Part shown: positions 10,185-17,897 of the stretch, piece by piece | How positions within the stretch are numbered: position 1 is the first letter of the stretch | Layout: every line of letters begins with the position of its first letter | Virus record (IMG/VR): IMGVR_UViG_3300042452_000572 | Reading direction: 5' to 3' (one strand) | Length of the DNA: 20,000 nt | From: an uncultured virus (IMG/VR IMGVR_UViG_3300042452_000572) | Lineage: Duplodnaviria; Heunggongvirae; Uroviricota; Caudoviricetes | Notes under the pieces: generated by a model | Seen by the model: the letters and a program-made list of their open reading frames with translations, nothing else | The model's database searches: none | Told to the model about the DNA's origin: nothing | Made by a program: the position numbers and the translations under genes

Positions 10185-10328
10185 TTATTTTCCTTGACCT
10201 CTATAACGCTTTTTAGCACAATTTCTACTAGTCGCAGAAAGCTTTGTGTTTTTGGAGCGTCCCTGACGTGTATTTTTTGGAGATGATTCAATAATTTTTG
10301 AACCACTCAAAGATCTTTTCACTGCCAT
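10185..10328 (-). CDS. Small basic hypothetical protein, 47 aa, ending KKRYRGQGK
   Basis: Hand translation MAVKRSLSGSKIIESSPKNTRQGRSKNTKLSATSRNCAKKRYRGQGK*; start is 3 nt after the upstream stop; YRGQG C-terminus is familiar from cyanophage/marine phage small proteins. Confidence 0.78.
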   Translation of the reverse strand: MAVKRSLSGSKIIESSPKNTRQGRSKNTKLSATSRNCAKKRYRGQGK

Positions 10329-10331
10329 AAT

Positions 10332-10496
10332 TTACTCAATGTCGTAACCAAGATATTCTACCACAATATCGTCAGGATGGGGAGTACCATTCGTATAAAA
10401 TTGATCAGCAAGTTCTTGCGTGATGTCCAACATTTCTTCTTCCGTTACGGAAGAGTAAATTTTTCTCCCCTGACAATATATATCGTATTTCTCCAT
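10332..10496 (-). CDS. Small acidic hypothetical protein, 54 aa
   Basis: Hand translation MEKYDIYCQGRKIYSSVTEEEMLDITQELADQFYTNGTPHPDDIVVEYLGYDIE*; tiles between neighbours on the coding strand. Confidence 0.75.
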   Translation of the reverse strand: MEKYDIYCQGRKIYSSVTEEEMLDITQELADQFYTNGTPHPDDIVVEYLGYDIE

Positions 10497-10528
10497 GTGT
10501 AATCCGACACAAAATACTACTTAATATA

Positions 10529-11290
10529 TTAGATAACTCGTGTCTTCTCGTGTCCTACTCGACAGATTGGATCACACCAAATTTCAAATCCTGCCTTAAT
10601 AGCATCAAGACAGAACGAAACGTCTTCACCACACATATCCTGAACTTCACCAGATTCAAAAACTTGCATCTGAGGTGCAAACCAAGGATACTTCATCTCT
10701 GGATGCTCAAACACACCGTGTTTGATTAGTGTCCAACCAAACCCAGTGTAATCAACAGTGAATGGTTTACGACGCTTTTGAATGCCATCAACCATCTCAT
10801 GGTTCATAACACCACCATTGTTCTTGAAGTCATCTTCTTCAAGCCAATGTGCAACTGATGTAGTTACACCATCTTCAGTTGCATACCATCCACAAGAGAT
10901 ATCTTTATCCATCCACACTAGGCGATAGAAAGATTCTGTATTGAATACGATGTCACTATCAATCCAAAGTTGGTAATCATACTTCAGTTTACCATCCCAA
11001 GGAAGTTGATCGGGACCACGAAGGACGTTAGCACCAAGACACTTGCAACGGGCAAAGTTGACCATTGAAGAATAGTCTTGTGAAATCTGGATTGAAGCAC
11101 CATTTTGTACAAGATCGAAACAGAGTTGTACAAAATTCTTTAGATATGTATATGAAACGCCTCTTCCAGGAAGACAAAAGACAATGCTCTTGTCTTTAAT
11201 CATTTGTTTTGCTTCTTCTAAATTAAAACCATCTGTATTATTAGAAGATGATGTGGGTGGTTTTGTAACCACTTTAAAACCTTTTGCCAT
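10529..11290 (-). CDS. Putative glycosyltransferase (GT-A fold, DxD motif)
   Basis: 253 aa; beta-strand IVFCLPG, NFARC, LWIDSDIVF (DxD), YTGFGWTLIK, GEDVSFC, C-terminal RVGHEK: typical GT-A/GT2-like pattern. Confidence 0.72.
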   Translation of the reverse strand: MAKGFKVVTKPPTSSSNNTDGFNLEEAKQMIKDKSIVFCLPGRGVSYTYLKNFVQLCFDLVQNGASIQISQDYSSMVNFARCKCLGANVLRGPDQLPWDGKLKYDYQLWIDSDIVFNTESFYRLVWMDKDISCGWYATEDGVTTSVAHWLEEDDFKNNGGVMNHEMVDGIQKRRKPFTVDYTGFGWTLIKHGVFEHPEMKYPWFAPQMQVFESGEVQDMCGEDVSFCLDAIKAGFEIWCDPICRVGHEKTRVI

Positions 11291-11352
11291 GAATATACTT
11301 CAATTTGATTTGTTTACGTAAACGGGTATCACCCAAAGGCATGATACCACGT

Positions 11353-11360
11353 TATTTAGA
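11353..11360 (-). promoter_or_regulatory. Candidate late promoter variant (TCTAAATA) upstream of the glycosyltransferase
   Basis: + strand tatttaga = TCTAAATA on minus in the 75-nt intergenic gap; one mismatch to TATAAATA. Confidence 0.5.
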
Positions 11361-11365
11361 TAATG

Positions 11366-12553
11366 TCAATTTACATACTTTGCAACTTCTGGAAATATAG
11401 ATCTCCAATTAGTACCTCTAGATTTGTCCAATTCATCACAATATTGAATAGCTAATTGGAATTCTTTTTCATTTCTTTCTTGCATCAGATCATTATAATG
11501 AAACTCAGATACTGACTTTACCGATAATGCAATTTTTTCTTTCAATTTATTTGGAAGATTTCTTGGTTTTAAAATTTCTGGTTCAGTTATGACGTTGAAT
11601 ATGAAATTTTCCTTAGATATTAAATTTCTACTATAAAGCCATTTATATGTTTGTAATAAACTTGGAATTGCAAGTAAACTGGGAGTAATTGTTGCTCTTA
11701 TTTTTCCTTTTTTTGTAATATTCAAATACCTTTGAACATCAAAAACATTTTTTATTGTTGAGTTCCAATCAGTTGGATATCTTAACCAATAATTTTTTTC
11801 TTCTAAAGCATCAACACTCCATTGAATGTGAGTACGTTTAAAATTATCAAAATATTTTTTCATAATATCTAAATTCATCAATGTCATGTTTGAAACATAA
11901 GACAACATGATTTGTTTAGATTGACCACATGTTATCAAGGCATCTAAAAGTTTAAAATGCGATTTCATTAGCATTGGTTCTCCACCAATCAATTCTACAG
12001 TAGCAATAATATGTGAATACTTTACTAATTGATTAACAATATTATTAAATTGATCTTTATCAACATCTGCAATTAAATTGTCTGTAATTGAAAAACCACT
12101 AATTTTGCTCCATTTAGGATCTAATTTTTTTAAAGCACTATTTCTAGATGTTGAATTACTGGATTTACATGCATAACATTCTAAATTACAATAATTGCCA
12201 TAAACATTAATTGATACATGAACAAATCTATTATTTGTTTCTTTTAATGATCCATCTGCATTAAAATTTTCTAACATCCTTTCATTTACAGGAAATTGTT
12301 TTCTAGGAGAATCGTTATTTTCATCTTCAAGTTTATAACATTTTTTACAAACAGATTTTAGAAACTCAGTTTTATCACCTAAAAGCATTTCTTTTCTAAT
12401 TCTTCTAAATTCTTCTCCATCAAAATAGTCAAATGGTAAAGTATTTTGTGGACCAAATTGAGAATAATTTGACCAACAACAAGGAGCGTAATTTTTTCCT
12501 GGCAGATTATGAATTTTAGTGAATGGTTGTGAGCAGATTACATCATTATTCAT
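11366..12553 (-). CDS. Radical SAM protein with N-terminal Cys-rich (SPASM/twitch-like) segment
   Basis: 395 aa; CNLECYAC (CxxxCxxC) and GGEP motif; N-terminal CSQPF...PCCW...CKKC; TAATG overlap with the carbamoyltransferase stop. Confidence 0.85.
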   Translation of the reverse strand: MNNDVICSQPFTKIHNLPGKNYAPCCWSNYSQFGPQNTLPFDYFDGEEFRRIRKEMLLGDKTEFLKSVCKKCYKLEDENNDSPRKQFPVNERMLENFNADGSLKETNNRFVHVSINVYGNYCNLECYACKSSNSTSRNSALKKLDPKWSKISGFSITDNLIADVDKDQFNNIVNQLVKYSHIIATVELIGGEPMLMKSHFKLLDALITCGQSKQIMLSYVSNMTLMNLDIMKKYFDNFKRTHIQWSVDALEEKNYWLRYPTDWNSTIKNVFDVQRYLNITKKGKIRATITPSLLAIPSLLQTYKWLYSRNLISKENFIFNVITEPEILKPRNLPNKLKEKIALSVKSVSEFHYNDLMQERNEKEFQLAIQYCDELDKSRGTNWRSIFPEVAKYVN

Positions 12554-13944
12554 TAAAAAACCTCAATACTATATTTTTCAGAAAATTCTTTTGCATCATT
12601 CCAAGTATTTACAATAGGCATTCCACGAATATTGAGTGATGTATTGAGAAGAACTGGACAACCAGTACGTTGATACCAGCATTCAAGTATTTCCCTAAGG
12701 ATGCTAGAAGACCATGTAGGAACTGTTTGAACTCTAGCAGTATTATCTACGTGAACACATGCTGGGATCTCATCAGGACGCTTACAATCGTATACGAAGG
12801 ACATATAACGACTTTCTGCTGGCATACGGAAATAGTCTTGACAATATTCTTCCAGAATAGCAGGAGCAAATGGACGAAACTTTTGTCTCTTCTTTACAGT
12901 GTTAACTAAATCCTTCATCTGTAGAGTTCTAGGATCCGCTAGAAGACTTCTATTACCTAAAGCCCGTGGTCCAAACTCAGCGGGACCATTTGCAATCCCA
13001 CACATGCCTCTGTGCAGTAATGTGTCAACGACTTCCTTTGGATTAACCGTTTTTTGAATGTTTTCACCCAAATATGGGGTGAAGATGACTTTACCACCAT
13101 AAGATAATAAAGCTGCCCCTAAGGAAGCTCCAGCGTCTCCAGGATTAGGCATAATCCACATGAACGGGTGCTCGTTTTGTAGCTTAGCATTCACTACACA
13201 ATTTAAAGCAACTCCTCCTCCATAACAAATATTATTACTATATTGCCTTGCTCTATTGAAAATTTTTCTCAGTTCCTCATAAAGAACAACCTCTGCACTC
13301 TTTGAGTTGTCTTCTGGATTTCCTTCAAGAGAGGTGGAAAAGCCCTTGTGGTTATTTCTAGAGAGCAGTTTACGCGCTTGTTCCACGTATAAGGGCTTAC
13401 CGAACGCTGCCATACCCATAAAGATGTATTCTTCGTCTAAGGGTCTTAGACCTGCCCATTTCGTATAAGAAGAATACCACAATCCAATAGAACTTGGATA
13501 CTTCTGTGACCATACTTTTTTATACTTAGCACAACCCTCCACCATCTGAGCATACCAGATTGAAGCAGTATCCCATTCACCAATACTGTCTACGACAACA
13601 CATGCAGCATCGGAATATGGTGATGTCTGAAATGCTGCAGCAGCATGGGAGAGGTGATGTGAGTAATACTGATTAGGAGTAATGTAGATACTCCTTTCTT
13701 TAAATGCACTCTTGTACTGTCCTGCAAACAATTGACGAGTACGCTTCAACCAAGGACGTTCATAGAATGCAATAATATCATCTTCAGTGTGGAGCAGTGC
13801 TTCTGCACATACTGGTAGATTTAAATGCTTATCATGCTTTACTCTAGAATATCGTTCTGCATGAGCGGCAAATTTGATCTTACCGCCATTAACAACTGCT
13901 ATTGCAGCATCATGAAATCCTTCACTTATTCCAATCATGATCAA
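12553..13944 (-). CDS. Carbamoyltransferase, NodU/CmcH/TobZ family
   Basis: FHDAA, HHLSHAAAAF, DSIGE, MGMAAFG, GGVALNC, PGDAG, EFGPRALGNRS, FRPFAP, HVDNTARVQTV, LLNTSLN. Start is either TTG 13944 (overlaps upstream TGA) or ATG 13938. Confidence 0.93.
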   Translation of the reverse strand: MIMIGISEGFHDAAIAVVNGGKIKFAAHAERYSRVKHDKHLNLPVCAEALLHTEDDIIAFYERPWLKRTRQLFAGQYKSAFKERSIYITPNQYYSHHLSHAAAAFQTSPYSDAACVVVDSIGEWDTASIWYAQMVEGCAKYKKVWSQKYPSSIGLWYSSYTKWAGLRPLDEEYIFMGMAAFGKPLYVEQARKLLSRNNHKGFSTSLEGNPEDNSKSAEVVLYEELRKIFNRARQYSNNICYGGGVALNCVVNAKLQNEHPFMWIMPNPGDAGASLGAALLSYGGKVIFTPYLGENIQKTVNPKEVVDTLLHRGMCGIANGPAEFGPRALGNRSLLADPRTLQMKDLVNTVKKRQKFRPFAPAILEEYCQDYFRMPAESRYMSFVYDCKRPDEIPACVHVDNTARVQTVPTWSSSILREILECWYQRTGCPVLLNTSLNIRGMPIVNTWNDAKEFSEKYSIEVF

Positions 13945-14036
13945 TCATCTTCATAAATGTATGGATCTTGTCTACGAAGTTTCCACAACTTATATTCGCC
14001 TTTAATCCATCGGATCAGCTTTGCAATAGGGTTCAT
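13941..14036 (-). CDS. Micro-protein, 31 aa, with C-terminal DPYIY motif
   Basis: Hand translation MNPIAKLIRWIKGEYKLWKLRRQDPYIYEDD*; ATGA overlap with the upstream gene and stop abutting the carbamoyltransferase start. Confidence 0.7.
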   Translation of the reverse strand: MNPIAKLIRWIKGEYKLWKLRRQDPYIYEDD

Positions 14037-14191
14037 GGTTTAATTTTAATAACTTTAATTTGTTCAACAGTATATTCAGTTGGAATGCCAGCGGAAATCA
14101 TTTGCTGTATTTCTCTAGCACGTTTCTCAGCATCTTCTTTTGATAAATTTTCAAACGCGATCTTTTGATCGATATAAACATTGTACGTCAT
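14033..14191 (-). CDS. Small hypothetical protein, 52 aa
   Basis: Hand translation MTYNVYIDQKIAFENLSKEDAEKRAREIQQMISAGIPTEYTVEQIKVIKIKP*; ATGA overlaps at both ends (14188-14191 and 14033-14036). Confidence 0.75.
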   Translation of the reverse strand: MTYNVYIDQKIAFENLSKEDAEKRAREIQQMISAGIPTEYTVEQIKVIKIKP

Positions 14192-14784
14192 AACAGTTGC
14201 CGAGACGTTATTATATTTAGAATGTCTTTAGTAATCATTTTATGCCCTTCTCTTGTCGGGTGCTTCTTTGGTGCGGATGGATACCGTTTCCATGGTTTTG
14301 TCAAGATTAAATCATAATTCAATTCTGTCGTGTGGTCAATAGACATTAATATAAGTGGGACATTTTTAGATTTACAATAGTGTGTGATTGTTTCAACTGC
14401 GATCTTTTCTTGTACTTTAAAATAGATATCATTACAAATGTTGGTGTAATAATATTCCCAAAAATCCTGATGGGTTACATTGGGTAATAAATCATTTTTA
14501 ATATTCACCCGTCTTGGATTAACATTAATTGTTCTCCAAGTTGTGCCATCATGAAACTCTGTTCTGGATGAATACGTTAATTGAATGACTGCCAGATCAT
14601 ATTGGGTGATATCTGTCTCTGTTATTAAGTTTCTGATTATTCTTTGGTTTGATCCACCTGGACAAGCTAGATTTGTTTCTTCTGCACTAAGGTCATTGCA
14701 GAGTAATCGACTAAAACGTTCTTGTTCTTTATTCTCAAGTTCTGTCCCATAAGTCCAAGAACATCCATCAAAGTAAATTTTCAT
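14188..14784 (-). CDS. SGNH/GDSL-fold protein, paralog 6
   Basis: 198 aa; FDGCSWTYG, GGSNQRIIR, AVIQLT..RTEF, PKKHPTREGH. Confidence 0.75.
   Translation of the reverse strand: MKIYFDGCSWTYGTELENKEQERFSRLLCNDLSAEETNLACPGGSNQRIIRNLITETDITQYDLAVIQLTYSSRTEFHDGTTWRTINVNPRRVNIKNDLLPNVTHQDFWEYYYTNICNDIYFKVQEKIAVETITHYCKSKNVPLILMSIDHTTELNYDLILTKPWKRYPSAPKKHPTREGHKMITKDILNIITSRQLL
14214..14221 (-). promoter_or_regulatory. Possible internal late promoter (TCTAAATA)
   Basis: + strand tatttaga, 22 nt upstream of the ATG at 14191; same octamer as 11353-11360; could be chance in AT-rich DNA. Confidence 0.3.
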
Positions 14785-15418
14785 CTTTTATATAATTTAC
14801 AATGTCCTGAAAAATCATGTGGTGCCCTTCTTCATTAGGATGTCTGTTAGGAGCTAATGGATATGATTTGTTATTAGCAAGACTAATATCAAAATGCTCA
14901 AGAATAGATGTCTTGTGGTTAATTGTTAATAGGATTAAAGGAATATTTTTAGATTTAAAATAATTTCTAATTGTTAGATTATGAACAAGTTCTTTGTTTT
15001 TTAAAAACTCGTCGGTTACAATATGCATATAATATTCTTTCCAAGCATTTTTCATAATATCCATTTCTGTTTTTTCTCCCCAGTTCCACCAAGAGAAACG
15101 GGATAAAACATTTTTTTCAGTTTGTTCTGAATTCCAAGACACATAATCATGCTGTATATTCATTGGTATCCAACACCGTTTTGTATAAAATTCTGTTCTT
15201 GATGGATGTGTCATTTGTATGACACCAAGATCATAATCAGAAATATTAACTTCCGTTAAAAGTTGCCTTACAATTCTATCATTAGATCCCCCAGCTGCAG
15301 CATTATTTGTTTCTTCCGCGCCATAATAATCACATAATAATCTACTATAACGATCTTGATGAGGATCTTTTAATTCTGCACCTTCTGTTACAGAACAACC
15401 ATTAAAATATATCTTCAT
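14768..15418 (-). CDS. SGNH/GDSL-fold protein, paralog 5
   Basis: 216 aa; FNGCSVTEG, GGSNDRIVR, GVIQMT..RTEF, PNRHPNEEGH. Confidence 0.75.
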   Translation of the reverse strand: MKIYFNGCSVTEGAELKDPHQDRYSRLLCDYYGAEETNNAAAGGSNDRIVRQLLTEVNISDYDLGVIQMTHPSRTEFYTKRCWIPMNIQHDYVSWNSEQTEKNVLSRFSWWNWGEKTEMDIMKNAWKEYYMHIVTDEFLKNKELVHNLTIRNYFKSKNIPLILLTINHKTSILEHFDISLANNKSYPLAPNRHPNEEGHHMIFQDIVNYIKDENLL

Positions 15419-15804
15419 TGAACAATAGATCTTGTTGGGGTTCCATTTTTACCCCTTATATATCTTTTCTTCGTACCATCTTTTTTGGGTGTTCGCCAGT
15501 CTTCAAGTTTATCCCAGCGTTCTTGAGAAAAGAAGTATTGCTGAAAATACCAGATCTCAACTTCTGTATGGGATTTATCGCGGTTACAATCTTCACAGCA
15601 ACAAACAACGTTCATGAGTTCATCTGTTCCGCCTAATGCTTGCGGAAGGATATGATCAATTGTCATTTGATCTTTGTTTTGCCCGCAATACGCGCAACAG
15701 TTATTCCATGCTTCCTTAATCGCTTTTCTCCATAATCTTATTGCGTCTGCCTTATTGTTCGCTTGTAATTGATAAAGATACTCATCTGGAGAAGAGAGTA
15801 ACAT
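15415..15804 (-). CDS. HNH endonuclease (Zn-binding, McrA-like)
   Basis: 129 aa; CAYCG...TIDHILPQALGG....NVVCCCEDCNRDKS; ATGA overlap with paralog 5. Confidence 0.88.
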   Translation of the reverse strand: MLLSSPDEYLYQLQANNKADAIRLWRKAIKEAWNNCCAYCGQNKDQMTIDHILPQALGGTDELMNVVCCCEDCNRDKSHTEVEIWYFQQYFFSQERWDKLEDWRTPKKDGTKKRYIRGKNGTPTRSIVQ

Positions 15805-15810
15805 TTATTT

Positions 15811-16443
15811 TTATTGGAGAGTTCCAATAGTATCTATAATATGCTGTGCGATCTTTTGATGTCCTAATTCATTAGGATGATTACCATTTGATACAATCAA
15901 GTCTTTTTTATCTTTCTCAGGCAAGATAACATTCTCAATGAAGTCATGTCCACGGATATAATAAATTGGTTTTTGAACAATCATAGATTTCCAAATGTTA
16001 CTGGATTCAACCAAATGCTGATCCCATGCGTCATGAAGCATAAAGACATATTTGATTTTACGAGCGATAAAGAATTGTTCTAGGAGGTAATAATTCTTAA
16101 AGAGATTATCAGCGGCTAGTTTATCTTGATAATGTTCAATATAAAATTCTTTCCATCCAGGTGTCTTTTGAATGGTAACATGATAATACTTTTTCTTTTG
16201 TGGGTTCCAACCTTCAAACCTTGACATGGGTGCAAGTTGAATGATGGCTAGATCACAGGTTTTATTATGCAAGAACCATTCCATTGTGGTACGAGCGATT
16301 GCATCGTTGCTATTACCACAGATAGAGATGTTGTTGCTGGTAGCATTATAATGTTTAGAGACGAGATTACTGAACCGATCTCTTAAACGATAAAGCAATT
16401 CATCTCCCCATGTGTATGAATCACCGTTGAACAGGATATGCAT
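15811..16443 (-). CDS. SGNH/GDSL-fold protein, paralog 4
   Basis: 210 aa; FNGDSYTWG, GNSNDAIAR, TCDLAIIQL..RFE, NGNHPNELGHQKIA. Confidence 0.78.
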   Translation of the reverse strand: MHILFNGDSYTWGDELLYRLRDRFSNLVSKHYNATSNNISICGNSNDAIARTTMEWFLHNKTCDLAIIQLAPMSRFEGWNPQKKKYYHVTIQKTPGWKEFYIEHYQDKLAADNLFKNYYLLEQFFIARKIKYVFMLHDAWDQHLVESSNIWKSMIVQKPIYYIRGHDFIENVILPEKDKKDLIVSNGNHPNELGHQKIAQHIIDTIGTLQ

Positions 16444-17170
16444 AGTGTTTAATAATGTAATCTGCTATTTTCTGATGTCCTAATTCGCTTGGGTGTTTGC
16501 CATTTAATGCTGGATAACCGTCTTTAGAATAATCTATGGTGAAGTTTGACTTATCTTCTAAATCCAGAATGGTTCCGTTGATTGCAGGAATACTAGAGTA
16601 TGTATGCTTACAGCAATTACGCCAGTATACGTTCTTTTGTGGACTATCTAACCAAGCACGATCACCTGCAAGTTTAATGAAGTAGTATGGGATATTATTT
16701 TTTTCAAGATACTGTTCTAGAATGAATAAGTTCTTATAAAAGTTATACAATCCTAAGTTATCATTGTAGACATACTTGTAATAATTTTCATAAGCATCTT
16801 TAGCATCATTATAATCTTTTTTATTATCAATCTTTCCTTCCGTTTCCCACATCAATGGAATATTAGCACCAGGAGCAAAATTTACAGGATGTGCTGCATG
16901 TCTAGAAATAAATTCATATCTTGACATTAAAGTAAACTGAATGATTGCCAAATCGCAAGTGTTGCCACTTTCAAACCATTCTATTGTGGTTCTTACGATA
17001 CGTTCATTAGAGTTTCCGCCAAGTGCAATATTCTCATACGTTTTATTCATCTTCTCACTAATGACATGACTAAAACGATGCAAGCGAAGATATTCAAAAT
17101 CGTTTTCTTTTCCTTGAAGTTCAGATCCGTTCGTATAAGAACAACCGTTAAAAAGTAAATTATAGTGCAT
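16421..17170 (-). CDS. SGNH/GDSL-fold protein, paralog 3
   Basis: 249 aa; FNGCSYTNG, GNSNERIVR, TIEWFESGNTCDLAIIQFT, NGKHPSELGHQKIA. Confidence 0.78.
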   Translation of the reverse strand: MHYNLLFNGCSYTNGSELQGKENDFEYLRLHRFSHVISEKMNKTYENIALGGNSNERIVRTTIEWFESGNTCDLAIIQFTLMSRYEFISRHAAHPVNFAPGANIPLMWETEGKIDNKKDYNDAKDAYENYYKYVYNDNLGLYNFYKNLFILEQYLEKNNIPYYFIKLAGDRAWLDSPQKNVYWRNCCKHTYSSIPAINGTILDLEDKSNFTIDYSKDGYPALNGKHPSELGHQKIADYIIKHYAYPVQR

Positions 17171-17897
17171 GTTTAATAATATAATCTGCTATTTTTTGAT
17201 GCCCTAATTCACTGGGATGAATACCATTTAAGAATTTATATTTTGGATCATCTTCTGAATAATCTGGTGTATAATCATCTCCCTCATATTTCATGGTTAA
17301 AATGTCTCCATTAATCGTTGGTATATCCAAATAATTAGTTTTGCATAAGGAAGTCCACGGAACATCTTTATGATTTAGTATATGATTAATGTGTGATAGC
17401 TTAATGAAATAATATGGAATATTTTTTTTCTCAAAATATTGCTCTAACAAAAATAAATCTTTATAAAAATTATTTAATCCAATATTTAAATTATATATTT
17501 GAGTGTAATATTCTGTATAGGATTTTTTTAAATCATCAAAATCTATTGGTTTTTTCACAGTGTAAAAATCATTTTTTTTGTGTTCCATAAAATTGTATTG
17601 CGAAAACAAAGATAATTCTCCCGTCAGTTTAGAAATAAATTCTATTCTTTGAACTAAAGTAAATTGTATAATTGCTAAGTCGCAGGTATTGCCACTTTCA
17701 AACCATTCTATTGTTGTTCTAGTAATTCGATTATTTGATGCACCACTAAGAGCAATATTTTCATATGCTCTATTGGTCCTTTCACTAATTACATGACTAT
17801 ATCGATGTGTATCTCTATGTTTAAAGTCTTTTGCTTTACCTTCTAATTCACACCCCTGAGTAAAACTACATCCACTGAATAAAAGGTTATAATGCAT
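17160..17897 (-). CDS. SGNH/GDSL-fold protein, paralog 2
   Basis: 245 aa; FSGCSFTQG, GASNNRITR, TIEWFESGNTCDLAIIQFT, NGIHPSELGHQKIA. Confidence 0.78.
   Translation of the reverse strand: MHYNLLFSGCSFTQGCELEGKAKDFKHRDTHRYSHVISERTNRAYENIALSGASNNRITRTTIEWFESGNTCDLAIIQFTLVQRIEFISKLTGELSLFSQYNFMEHKKNDFYTVKKPIDFDDLKKSYTEYYTQIYNLNIGLNNFYKDLFLLEQYFEKKNIPYYFIKLSHINHILNHKDVPWTSLCKTNYLDIPTINGDILTMKYEGDDYTPDYSEDDPKYKFLNGIHPSELGHQKIADYIIKHAL

Noticed and set aside
240..15636. Plus-strand ORFs in the track (240, 2550, 7142, 8346, 8795, 9659, 12670, 13968, 15418, 15432)
   Set aside because: All lie antisense to well-supported minus-strand genes and have no recognisable motifs; shadow ORFs.
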